From positions 109,880-173,879 of the forward strand of contig JAANOX010000097.1 in NCBI GenBank assembly GCA_020184695.1: a stretch of DNA of 64,000 bases. The letters run 5' to 3'. The stretch comes from Histomonas meleagridis 2922-C6/04-290x (taxonomy: Eukaryota; Protista; Parabasalia). Shown piece by piece: positions 1 to 12,008 of this stretch (position 1 is its first letter; each line of letters begins with the position of its first letter). A program made the position numbers and the translations under genes. Under the pieces are notes generated by a model. That model searched no databases. It worked only from the letters and a program-made list of their open reading frames with translations, and was not told the origin of the DNA.

Positions 1-1031
1 TTTTTTCTTTTAAGATATAACTTAATCAAAATTATATTATCATTCATGATTAACTTTCGAATTATTCGATTGTTTATTTTGATCCCTTCTCTTTCAAGAA
101 ATAGTAAAATTTCATAATTATTATAGAAAATACTTTTTATAACTCATTTCATTTAAATTATATTGACTTAAAATGTTATTATCATAAAGATATTTAAAAA
201 TATCATTTCGATGAAACTCAATTGATGTTTCATATGCATCTTCAAATGATGAATGATTTTGTTCACATAAATGAATGATTTCAAGATTTCCACCTGCAAT
301 TGCATATTTTCCTGTGTTTTTTAATTTTGCACCATTCAATAATAAATATTTAAAACATTCAATTGAGCCAAAAAATGCTGCATAATTAATTAATGGAATA
401 TTTTCTTTGTTAATAAATGAAAATCTTTCATAAACTGATGGTTTAATCATTTGATTAAAATTAAAATTATTTTGTGATGTTATTTCTTGAAGTTTTTCTA
501 TTTCATCATTTCGAATAATTTTTGAGATTTCATTCGGATTAACTCCTTCTAAAATTAATTGATTATGAATTTCATTATCATTATTTGAAACTTCTTTATA
601 AATAGGGAAATCTTGTTCTTGAATCATTTTTGTTTTAATGTATTTTTGTTGAATCATCTTTTCAAGAAGATAATAAGATTCATTCGAATGTATATTTAGA
701 AGTATTTCTGATAATATTTCAAAAATTCCTTTGTCATTTCGTTTTATTTGTTTTATTTGATCTTGAAGAAGATTTAAATATTGAAAATATATTTCTTCTT
801 GATTCATTCTTGATAAAAAGCAGAATATATTAATCTACAAATCATTTTATTAAAAGAAAATGTATATTCTGAATCAATTAAAGAAATCGTCGTTTTGACT
901 GAAGTTTTTATATTCGTTTCATTTAATGAAAATATTGTTTTATATAACAAAAAAGATTGTTGTCTTTCAATTTCATTTTGCAAGAATTCAGTGTCTACTA
1001 TTTGAAGATGAGTTGGATTGTTTATCATCAA
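1..1031 (-). pseudogene. DUF3447/ankyrin-family gene, frameshifted, runs off the left edge
   Basis: ORFs 804..1031 (N-terminal module) and 121..807 (EGVNPNEISKIIRND..YAAFFGSIECFKYL..YAIAGGN..FHRNDIF) are in different frames. Homology continues in another frame over 1-120. Confidence 0.75.
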
Positions 1032-1277
1032 AGAAATTAGATTAGCAGTTTCAAATACTTTTCTGTGATGTTCTATCGTACCATTTTTTCATAACTTTAC
1101 GTGGTGGCCGTTATTGTTTCTCCAAACACACACTTGCAAATTGGGAATAAAAAATCAGCTTGATGAAAGATTAGAATTATAATTGATATTATTGAATATT
1201 TGCAATTAAATATCTTAATGAAAATGGATAGAATTAAATATTTATTATAGACACATTGGTATTTTCATCTGAGGAGA

Positions 1278-1505
1278 GGAAATATTGAACTTGTTGAATA
1301 CGTTTGAAAACAAGAAGGAATTGACATTAATACTAAAGGTACTTATACATATTATATGATATTTATTTTAAGAATTTAATATTTCAAAATAATATTTGGA
1401 AATTATTTAAATTATTTCAAACAGCACTTATCAAAGCATCTTCAAATGGTCATACAGAAATAGTTAAATTACTTCTTGAACAAGAAGGAATTGATATTAA
1501 TGCAA
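1278..1505 (+). repeat. Orphan ankyrin-repeat fragment, near-identical direct copy of 2832-3060
   Basis: GNIELVEYV..QEGIDINTK + 83-nt spacer + TALIKASSNGHTEIVKLLLEQEGIDIN; only a few substitutions versus 2832-3060. Confidence 0.85.
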
Positions 1506-1714
1506 AATTTATTATTTTGATATTTCATAAAATGTTTAAATAATTTGAAATGTACTTTTAATTGGCGATTATAATAGGCCTGCTTTTATTTTTTTATTTT
1601 ATGGTAAATATGGCATTTTTATTTTTGCTTGAAAAATTCAACTTTTTCATTTGTTTATACTCTCAAATTTTGATTCAAATTTGAATTGATATATCCGTTA
1701 TTGATATTTTCCAC

Positions 1715-3135
1715 ATGAGGCCAAATGAACTTTGCAACTGGGAAACATTTCTATCAATAAATCAATCAATTTTTAGTTTGAATGAAGAGAATTTCGCGAA
1801 ATCTCTATATTTAATAGTCAACAAATTTGATGAAATCCATCCTTTATCTTATGATTTAATTATTATTCAAATGATATATTATTCCTTTGTGATTAAAAAT
1901 AATAAAGTAGATTTATTTTTAAATATTATAAAAGAAATAAGAACATTTGAAGAGAATAATAAAATTAAATCGAATATATTTGATATATTTGGGCGATTTC
2001 TTTATAATAAGCATCACATGAATCAAATTTTCTTCTTGAAGCCATGATTGAACATAATTTTCTTGAACCAAACATTGTAAAAAACAATCAGAGTGTTTTG
2101 CACTCCGTTTATTTTGCGCATTATATGTCTAAAGATAACGAATCAATCAGTTTAAGGAAACCTTCATTCCATTCATTTGAACATTTATACCAAATTATGA
2201 AGAACTTTCAAAGAATGATTGGGAATTACATAAGAAATTAATCAGAGAAGGACATAATCCAAATGAAATTGCACAAATCATTCGAAATGATGAAATAGAA
2301 AAACTTCAAGAAATAACATCACAAACAAATTTTGACTTTAACCAAATGATTGAACCATCACTTTATGAAAGATGTTCTTTAGTTAATGAAGAAAATGTTA
2401 CATTAATTAATTATGCAGCATTTTTTTCTTCAGTTAAATGTTTTAAATATTTACTTATGAATGGTACAAGTTTAGAAAATACAGGTAAATATGCAATTGC
2501 AGGTGGAAATGAAGAAATCATTCATTTATGTGAACAAAATCATTCATCATTTGAAGGTGCATATGAAATAGCAATTATGTTTCATCGAAATGATATCTTT
2601 CATTATATTTATGAAAATAAATTAAAGGAAATTAATAATTTAGAAGAATTAGGAAAACATTGTATTTTATATCATAATTTTGAAATATTTTCATTTTTAG
2701 TTAAAGAAGGAATGAAAACCAATGATGATTTTATTAATGAAGCAGCAATTATTGGAAATATTTTTTTAGTTGAATATTTTCTTAAAGAGCATGCAATTCC
2801 GCATGACACATTGTTATTTCCATCTGGATCAGGAAATATTGAACTTGTTGAATACGTTTTAAAACAAGAAGGAATTGACATTAATACTAAAGGTACTTAT
2901 ACATATTATATGATATTTATTTTAATAATTTTATATTTCAAAATAATATTTGGAAATTATTTAAATTATTTCAAACAGCACTTATCAAAGCATCTTCAAA
3001 TGGTCATACAGAAATAGTTAAATTACTTCTTGAACAAGAAGGAATTGATATTAATACTAAAGATATTTTTTTACTTTATTTAAAATCTATTTTAATAATT
3101 TAATATTTCAAAATAATATTTGGAAATTATTAATG
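1715..3135 (+). pseudogene. DUF3447/ankyrin-family gene with frameshifts and spacer-interrupted ankyrin repeats
   Basis: ORF pieces 1715..2047, 2044..2241 and 2346..3017 join into one N-module + DUF3447 + ankyrin protein, with frameshifts near 2045 and 2160. Confidence 0.8.
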
Positions 3136-3629
3136 GGTCAATTGCACAACTACAGACCAATTCCGATAATATTCAAATTTCATGTAAAGTACGCAGATCA
3201 CCATTCTGGATGTGCCTGTAAAAATCTTTTGTTCAAATTCGTGGGGGTTAAGCATTTCTAATAAAATGCATGTTATACCTCAGGTTAAGTAAATTATATC
3301 AAATACAGTCAATATTTTTAATGTGTCCACTAGAATGATAAAAAATTCGTGAGAATTTGATCTTATAATTCTTTTCTAAAATCAAATAAAAAAGTTTTCT
3401 GACATAAGTTGTATTAATTATAAAAATTATTAATTTTATATGGTAATAAATGAATTTTAAATTTTAACATCATCTCATTTTCTATGTAATTTAACAAAGT
3501 AAATCATTAACAAATGAAACTACGATTATTTTTTGGAAAAAAATATTTGCTATAGTATAAGTTTATTCAAATACTCTTTAATGTACCATATAGAACCTCT
3601 ACAAGTGTTATTTTACAGTATCTAATAAT

Positions 3630-4312
<683 letters not shown>

Positions 4313-4408
4313 TTTGAATAAATAACATTATTATAATAAATTTGTAAGAATTGCTGCAAATCATATGCCTTGTAAATTTCTTTTGATCTAACAGTTGCAG
4401 TCTGTTTC

Positions 4409-4925
4409 TTGCCTATAAACCTTCAAGAAATCTATGTGATAGGTAGCAAAGGTCCAGTTCCGCTAAAAGGTCTTTTATGGGACACTTCCGGAAATGAGAT
4501 ATACTCCAATCTTATAAATAATTATGCCAAAAAAGCCAGAATTCTTATGATCATGTATAACTATGAAAATGAAGAAACATTTCATCATATAGATACAATA
4601 TTGTCTCGCGGGAATATCCCTTTATTGAAGATTTTAACAGGTGATTGTATCAAAGTTTTAATTGGAAATGCACTTCATGCAATTCCAAATCGTCAAGTCT
4701 CATACGAAGAAGGAGAAAAAAATGGCAATCAGCATTGGCGCTTATTTCACTGAAACAAATTGTGCAACTGGAGAAGGTATAAAAGATCTTATGTGGAAAA
4801 TGATCACATGGTACAATGAAGCTAATGGCGGCATAATTAAATTTGGTTCAGTTCCAGAACAACAACGCCCAACAAATGAAAATCATCAAAATAACGAAAG
4901 GAAAAAAGATTGTAAAATACAGTAA
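4409..4925 (+). pseudogene. Degenerate Rab-like small GTPase relic
   Basis: LWDTSGNEIYSNLINNYAKKA (cf. WDTAGQE), LIGN, RQVSYEEGEKMA and YFTETNCATGEGI (cf. ETSAKTG). Frameshift in the A-run near 4720; no P-loop found. Confidence 0.55.
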
Positions 4926-5211
4926 CTAATGACTTTTTCTAATTTCTTTCATTCTTTTCGATAATTCATTTGAAATTCATTTACATCTTTTCTTCTTCAA
5001 ATAAGTTGTTTAACGACTTGATCATCCTGATAATAATATATCCGATTATCAGGAAAAATTTGCAAATATGTCATATTGAACATAACCACATCTTATATAA
5101 TATGTAATGTGATTCATTAGAATAAAGTGAAAGAAGAAAGTTTTTGAATCCATTTATAATGTTCAAATGTTGGTTTATTTATTAAATTTTTATATTAATC
5201 ACCTTTAATGA

Positions 5212-8200
5212 TTACATTAATTCCTTCTTTTTTTCCTCGATTAAATTTGCAATTTCAGTATAACATTTTAATTTTGCATAAAGGAGTGCTGAAACAATTA
5301 ATTTATATAAATTCCAAATTATATTTTTAAATATCAAAATATTAAAATGAATATTAAATAAAACAAATTGATATCTTTTTCATCAATATCAATTTCTTTA
5401 TGTTCGAGTAGAAATTTAACTATATCTATATGACCATATCTACATGCCTGTATAAAAACTGTTTGAAATATTATAAATGAATTCCATATAATATTTTAAT
5501 ACATAAAATTATAATTACAAAAGGCATAAAAATTAAAGAAATATTTTTAGTATTTAGATCAAATACTTTTTGTTCATAAAGTAATTTGAATATTTCTGTA
5601 TGACCATTTTGAGCTGCCAAAATAAGTGCTGTGTTAAATAATTTAATTAATTTCCAAATATTATTTTGGAATATCAAATCATTAAAATAAATCTTAAATA
5701 AAACTAATAAATATTTTGATTATTAGTTACAATTCCTTTTTGTTCAAGAAGTAATTTAACTATTTCGATGTTACCATGTTCAGATGCCTTCATAAACGCT
5801 GTTTCAAATAAATTTAATAATTCTCAGAAATCATTTTGAAATATTAAATTATTAAAACGAATATTATCTTTAGCATTTATATCTATATTTTCTTGTTCAA
5901 GTAATAGTTTAACTATTTCTATATAACTTTTTTCAGAAGCAATCATAAATACTGTAATAAATATTTTAATTAATTTCCAAATATTTTTATAAAATTTTAT
6001 ACGATTAAAATAAATATCATTTTTAATATTAATATCAATTCCTTTTTGTGCAAGAAGCATTTTGAATATTACCATGTTATCTTTTTGAGTTGTGAGAACA
6101 AGTGCTGTATCAAATGTAAAAAATAATTTCCAAACATTATTTTGAAATATTAAATTATTATAATAAATATTAAATAAAACAAATAAATATCTTTAGCATT
6201 AATATCAATTCCTTCTTGTTCAAGAAGTAATTTAATTATTTCTATATGATCATTTTGAGATGCTAAAATAAGTGCCGTATTAAACAATTTAAATAATTTC
6301 CAAATATTATTTTGAAACCCAAAATTATTGAAATAAATATTAAATAAAACAAATAAATATCTTTCGCATTAATATCAATTCCTTCTTGTTCAAGAAGTAA
6401 TTTAACTATTTCTGTATGACCATTAAAAGATGCTATCATAAGTGCAGTATGAAATAATTTTAAAAATTTCCAATTATTGTTTTGAAATATAAAATTATTA
6501 AAATAAATATAAAATAAAACATTTGGATGTCTTTGGTATTAACATCGTTTTCTTTTCTTTCAAGAAGTATTTTAACTATTTTTTTATTATTAAATTCAGA
6601 TGCTATAATAAGTGCTATTTTAAATAATTTAAATAATTTCCAAATGTTATTTAGAAATTTTAAATTTCAAATATTAATATTAAATTCAACAAATCAATAT
6701 CTTTAGTATTAATATCAATTCCTTCTTTTTCAAGAAGTAATTTAACAATTTCTGTATGACCATTTTTAGATGCTTTCATAAGTGCTGTTTTAAGTAATTT
6801 AAATAATTTCCAAATATTATTTTAAAATATTAATATATTAAAATATATATAATCTTTAGTATTAATATAAATTTCTTCTTGTTCCAAAGCATATTGAACA
6901 AGTTCAATGTTTCCTGATTTTGATGAATGAATCAAAATATCGCTTGGAATTATTGGATTAATTTGAAGGTAATATTTAACAATCAATAAATTTCCAAATT
7001 TTACTGCCATTTTGATTAAATCATAATCACATTTCTTTTCTTCTTTTTGTAAATATGATAAAATTTCATAATTACTATATAGTATACACTTTTTTTGTAA
7101 GTAATTGAGAAATTTTGTTTGAACATCATTAGTAGTTAGAATAAGTTCATGGGGACTGTAATCCTCTTCTTCATCACTATAATAATTATAATTATCATAA
7201 AGTGTGGTATTTCTGAATTGATTTTCTAGATTAAATTCATCTGATTCATCTGATTCATCACTAGGTATATTATATTCATTTGCTATTATTTGAACCATAT
7301 CTTCTTGTGATTTTTTATCATAAATATAATAAAAAATATCATTTCGATGGAATTTAATTGCTGCTTCATATGCACCTTCAAATGATGAATGATTTTGTTC
7401 ACATAAATGAATGATTTCTTCATTTCCACCAGCAACTGCATATTTACCTGTATTTTCTAAACTTGCACCATTCATAAGTAAAAATTTAAAACATTTAACT
7501 GAAGAAAAAAATGCTGCATAATCAATTAATGTAGAATTATAACCATTAATAAAATAACATTTTTCATAAAGAGATGGAAATATCACTGATGATATATTAA
7601 AACCTGGTCTTGATACTATTTCTTGAAGTTTTTCTATTTCATCATTCCGTATTATTCTTGAAATTTCATTTGGATTAGTTCCTTCTTTAATTAATTTTTT
7701 ATGAAGTTCGAAATTATTTTTTGAGAGTTTTTCATAATTTTGAAGAAAATATCGACTGAATAAATCATGAAAATCATCAAACTTGTTCTCTTTTTCTGTT
7801 TGGTAATGTGCAAAAAGTTTAGAAGGAAATTTTTTTATGATTTTCGTACCTAAAATTTTTTTATCAATCAACTTCTCAATAAAAAATTTTGCATCTTGAA
7901 TTCCATGATGATTTAATAAAATAATAAAATATGGGAATTTTGTTGCTTTATTTTTGAGTATCTCTTTTTCTTTTTTCTGAATTGATAACAAATACATTAT
8001 AAACAAATCAATATCTTTTATAGTTTTACGTGTACAAAATGAATCATAAACCATCTTGATTATAATAAAATTAAATGTATTCGGATAATTTATATCAAAT
8101 ATTTTCATTGTTTGTTCAATTGAGAATTCGAGATTTGTTGGATTTAAATTAAATATAACACGTTCAAGTGAAATAAGTATTTCTAAATATTTATCATCAA

Positions 8201-8237
8201 TCTCAGATTTTTCATTATCGCTTTTTGAAGTGTTCAT
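5212..8237 (-). CDS. DUF3447 protein with a C-terminal array of 10 spacer-interrupted ankyrin repeats
   Basis: Intact ORF 6822..8237 (ATG at 8237), followed by TAL..A..NGH.EIVKLLLEQ.GIDINAK units each separated by an 83- or 66-nt spacer; terminal TAA at 5212-5214. Confidence 0.75.
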
Positions 8238-8773
8238 AGCGTTAGCCAAAATTTTGTTCTGACTTGGCGTAATAAGCAGATAGCCGCTCTTGGGGGTGCC
8301 CCTTCAGAAAATTTGTAATCTTTTATTTATCATAAAAATTATTTAACTAGATTCGGATTATTCGAATATATGACTTATATTTATATAAATTGAATATTTG
8401 GAAATTTGATCAAAAAATTATTTCATCATTTTTTCAATATTTATACAAATTAATATACACAATAACATTGATAAATATGCTATTAGGTTTTTTCTAAAAT
8501 AAATATTATCGATTTTGAGAAAAAGTACATTTTTACATACCAAAAGATCATCAAGACTTGAGAAAATATATTTTCTTAATTTGAAATATTTAGATTTCTT
8601 CTGCTGAATTTTGAGAAAAAGTAGTAAAATATTTTGTTCAAAACCGTGATTTGTTATTCAAATATTCTACGGTTATAAACTTTTTGAATGGAAAATAATC
8701 GTTGATGGAAGAAAATATTTTCAGTGTTCACTCAAAAAAATTAACGGTTAATAATTCAAAGGTTTTGAGGACT

Positions 8774-10000
8774 TTACTCGTAGAATTCGTCGCTGATGAA
8801 TTTGCAGATGGCGCTTGCGTTTTCTGCAACTTGATTGCTATCTAATGCACTTTGGCGGTATTCCTTAATTCTGCTGACATCACCACCAGCCTTTTCAATG
8901 AATTTGCTTACAAGGAATTTTGCACAATCGTCTGGGTTATGTGGATCACCAACATATTCTGGGAATACTTTGATGAACGAGTCGGTGTTCTTGACCTTTT
9001 CTGTGAACACATCAAACTTATTGCAGATAAGGAAAATTGGTGCATCAATGAACTTTTCTTTGTGTGTGATTTCATCGAAAATATCAAGGGCATCATTGAT
9101 ACGAAGCATTGATGGATCTTCAAACATTGGTTTATCATATTCGGCAAATGAAACAACAAAGATACAGCCAGCAACTTCGTCCATAACTTTCTCCCACTTA
9201 GAACGTTCGTTCTTTTGACCACCGACATCATAGATACGGATGATAGCTCCATTGATATCAAATGTAACTTGATCGATACCAATTGAACGGATACGAGCAC
9301 GAAGAACATCATCATCACTTGGGATGTAGTCATCATCTTGAAGTTCATCGATTTTCTCGAAGAAGTAATCCATGTGATCTGGAATAATTGTTTCGTCTTT
9401 GTGCTCAAATGCTTCTTGGATGGCTGGATCTTCCCAAAGCTGCTTCAATGATTCGGCTAATTCTGGTGTGAACTCACAGTTGAAGGCATTTAATGACATT
9501 ATGGATTGGGCATCTTGTTCTAAGTCTTCGTTGATTTCGCGATCGTTACGTTCAACCCAAACAAGTAAGGTTTGCATTGCTTCAACAAGATTTCCTCTTA
9601 TTGTTGAAACAAAGCTAGAACGATCATCTTGGTTGATACCACCAAGGAACTTGATCTTCAACTGACGAGTAAATGTGGTTTTACCTGATTCACCAGCACC
9701 GCAAAGGAGAAGTCCAAAGGCTTCTGTTTCATTATCAAGAATTGCTCTGGGCGCTTGTGCTGCAGGAGCTGGTGGGGTTGCTTGAGCTGGTGGAGGTGCT
9801 TGGGTAGGTGTAGGTGTTGGCGCCGGCGCAGGTGCAGGAGCTGGGGCAGGAGCAGGAGCTGCAGATGGGGCAGTTGGAGCAGCAGATGGTGCAGCTGTGG
9901 GTGCGGCTGCTGGTGCTTTGGGAGGAGCGGATGTATTAGATGCTGGGGCTAATGGCATATTTTGAGGTTTCGAAGCTTCTTTAGACGAAGAACAACCCAT
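8774..10000 (-). CDS. Heterotrimeric G-protein alpha subunit with a Pro/Ala-rich N-terminal linker
   Basis: MGC start at 10000 (myristoyl/palmitoyl motif); G1 GAGESGKT, switch I LRARIRSIGI, G3 DVGGQ, G4 NKFD. Confidence 0.93.
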   Translation of the reverse strand: MGCSSSKEASKPQNMPLAPASNTSAPPKAPAAAPTAAPSAAPTAPSAAPAPAPAPAPAPAPTPTPTQAPPPAQATPPAPAAQAPRAILDNETEAFGLLLCGAGESGKTTFTRQLKIKFLGGINQDDRSSFVSTIRGNLVEAMQTLLVWVERNDREINEDLEQDAQSIMSLNAFNCEFTPELAESLKQLWEDPAIQEAFEHKDETIIPDHMDYFFEKIDELQDDDYIPSDDDVLRARIRSIGIDQVTFDINGAIIRIYDVGGQKNERSKWEKVMDEVAGCIFVVSFAEYDKPMFEDPSMLRINDALDIFDEITHKEKFIDAPIFLICNKFDVFTEKVKNTDSFIKVFPEYVGDPHNPDDCAKFLVSKFIEKAGGDVSRIKEYRQSALDSNQVAENASAICKFISDEFYE

Positions 10001-10308
10001 TTTTGGGGAACACGGTTTTATTGAAATTATCGGTTTTGCATTCAAAACGATCTTGACTTTTACCTCACAAAGCAGCCACGGTTCCTTAACTGCCATTGAA
10101 ATTTGATAAGTTTATTTTATCGATTTCCCCTTCTGATTGAGGCAAATAAAAGATGTCTTTTGTTCTAAAACCTTAGAATTTTAAAAACCACTCAATGCAA
10201 TTTAGTGAAGCTCAACAATTATGGAAAGTGTATAAATGCTTTTTTTTTTTTTAATTTTTTAAATCAACCCGAAGAAAGAACGATAATCTTACGTGCACGT
10301 TTAGACCT

Positions 10309-11748
10309 ATGGGGAGCGAAAGAATCCGTTTTTTTCCCCATGGATTTGCTAAAAATCGGAAAATACTTTTCTCCCTTCTCATTTATTCATGGAATTCACT
10401 TAGAGACATTGGCGGCCCAATTTATTTATCTTTAATTTTTTCAATTATTTTTTTATTTCTGATACAACCAAAATCATTTCTTTTAAATATTTTTCTTCTC
10501 CCTGCTGTTTCACTTCTAGTTACTTCTCTGTCACTCTCGGGTTTCACAATTTATGAACAATTTTTTATTTGCTATCTTCATTTTGATTTAATTTCGAGTA
10601 TCCGTGCCAACTCTCCATTTTCATTAATTTGCGCTATTGCAGAAACCACTTTTTTCTTCATATTTGGCGAATTAAATAAATATCAAATTTTAATGATTGG
10701 ATTTTCCTTTATTTCCATTATTGCGATTCAGTTCTTTCTTCCCAAAATTGATTTTTCACATCCATTTAATTTTACTATTATATTTTTTACAGGTCTTCTT
10801 CAATTAACAAAAAATCAGAAAATCAATTTAATAATTTTCGGCATCTCAATCATTCTCTCTGTGCCAAGGTTTTCGATTTCTTTGTTTCGTGACTATACAC
10901 TTAGTAAAGACAATGTTATTTCTGTTATATATTCGACCATTTGTATCATAGTAAATGTTTTTATGATCAAATCTGGCTTCAAATACAAAATTATCAGTGT
11001 TATTAGTGATGGCGTTATGTCTACATTTAATTCCATTTCTATGTATTTCTTAGTCATTGCTGATATCATAACACATAAATCTCCAACAAAACAATTTTCA
11101 TATGGATTTAAAAGAGCAACAGTCATATGTACGCTCGGCCTTTCGATTTTGTTAATTTTGGTTTCTATTAATCTTATTGGAACAGCAATAGAATCATTAA
11201 TATCAGAAGAAAATGACGAAAGTGAAAATGTCCCTTCTGATATAATAAATTTGGCTTTAATAAGTTTGTTGGTTAATACTTTTGGTTTAGTGTTCGTTGG
11301 CGGATCTGAAAAAAATGATAAAAAAGTCGAAAAATGTGAATTAAGCGGAGGTTTAATTACAATTATTTCCGATCTAATTTCAGCTGGTTCCATTGTGCTT
11401 AATAATTATCTGATTGTTTACCATAATATAAAGTTTTTGGACCCTTATCTTTCATTGTTTTCTTCGTTGCTAATTTTAGTAATGACTTTGAAGGAAATGA
11501 AAGAAGTTGTTTCAATATTAAATTTGAAGACTTCAAATGATATTTCTTTGGATTTTTTAATAAATGAATCCGATGAAAATTTAGATAATTCTTTAAACAT
11601 ATGGAAACTTGATGAAGAAACTGATGTAGTTTCTTTGAAGTTGAAAATAACAGATAAAAATGATTATGGAAAAACATTGGACATGATTTCGAATTCTTTA
11701 ACAGAAAAGAATATAGAATATTATACAATCGAAATAGAGAATATATAA
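10309..11748 (+). CDS. Cation diffusion facilitator (ZnT/CDF) family transporter, divergent
   Basis: Multi-TM protein with FSYGFKRA (cf. FSYGYxR), SDLISA and LDPYLSL motifs and a C-terminal alpha/beta domain; true start uncertain. Confidence 0.7.
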   Translation: MGSERIRFFPHGFAKNRKILFSLLIYSWNSLRDIGGPIYLSLIFSIIFLFLIQPKSFLLNIFLLPAVSLLVTSLSLSGFTIYEQFFICYLHFDLISSIRANSPFSLICAIAETTFFFIFGELNKYQILMIGFSFISIIAIQFFLPKIDFSHPFNFTIIFFTGLLQLTKNQKINLIIFGISIILSVPRFSISLFRDYTLSKDNVISVIYSTICIIVNVFMIKSGFKYKIISVISDGVMSTFNSISMYFLVIADIITHKSPTKQFSYGFKRATVICTLGLSILLILVSINLIGTAIESLISEENDESENVPSDIINLALISLLVNTFGLVFVGGSEKNDKKVEKCELSGGLITIISDLISAGSIVLNNYLIVYHNIKFLDPYLSLFSSLLILVMTLKEMKEVVSILNLKTSNDISLDFLINESDENLDNSLNIWKLDEETDVVSLKLKITDKNDYGKTLDMISNSLTEKNIEYYTIEIENI

Positions 11749-11872
11749 TAAACATGTATATAATTAATAAATTATTATTTGTTATTTAAACATTTTCTAT
11801 AAGTGTTTTTGGATGAAATGTTTTTATTCAGGAAAATAATTACAAGATGTAATAATTTCTTTTTCTTCAAGT

Positions 11873-11944
11873 GGGTAAATGGTCTAGTGGTATGATTCGC
11901 GCTTCGGGTGCGTGAGGTCTCGGGTTCAATTCCCGATTTGCCCC
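11873..11944 (+). tRNA. tRNA-Pro (anticodon CGG)
   Basis: Acceptor stem GGGTAAA/TTTGCCC; D-arm TGGTCTAGTGGTATGA; anticodon arm CGCGC-TTCGGGT-GCGTG; T-arm GGGTTCAATTCCC; followed by a T-run Pol III terminator. Confidence 0.95.
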
Positions 11945-12008
11945 TTTTTTTGATAAATTTGAAAAAAAAATTTTTTTTATCGATCTAATTTTATTTACTA
12001 AACAATAA

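Noticed and set aside
4346-4400. Possible spliceosomal intron (GTAAGA..TCTAACAGTTGCAG) before the Rab-like relic
   Set aside because: Branch-to-AG spacing differs from the trichomonad consensus, and no upstream coding exon or P-loop is recoverable
5212-6900. Ankyrin spacers as U12-type AT-AC introns (5' RTATY resembles ATATCC; AC from the Thr codon)
   Set aside because: Excision from AAAR|AT to AC| removes 84 nt and leaves the wrong frame (EHL..stop). There is no TCCTTAAC branch site, and AC is not invariant (ATA, TCA, GTT, AAT seen).
5212-6900. CRISPR-like array (regular ~170-bp repeat/spacer rhythm)
   Set aside because: Both parts are homologous between units and one part encodes ankyrin; there are no unique spacers or cas genes, and the context is eukaryotic
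8835-9952. Overlapping ORFs on and opposite the G-alpha gene, and the extension to 10096
   Set aside because: Shadow ORFs of a GC-richer gene; the MGC lipidation motif marks 10000 as the start
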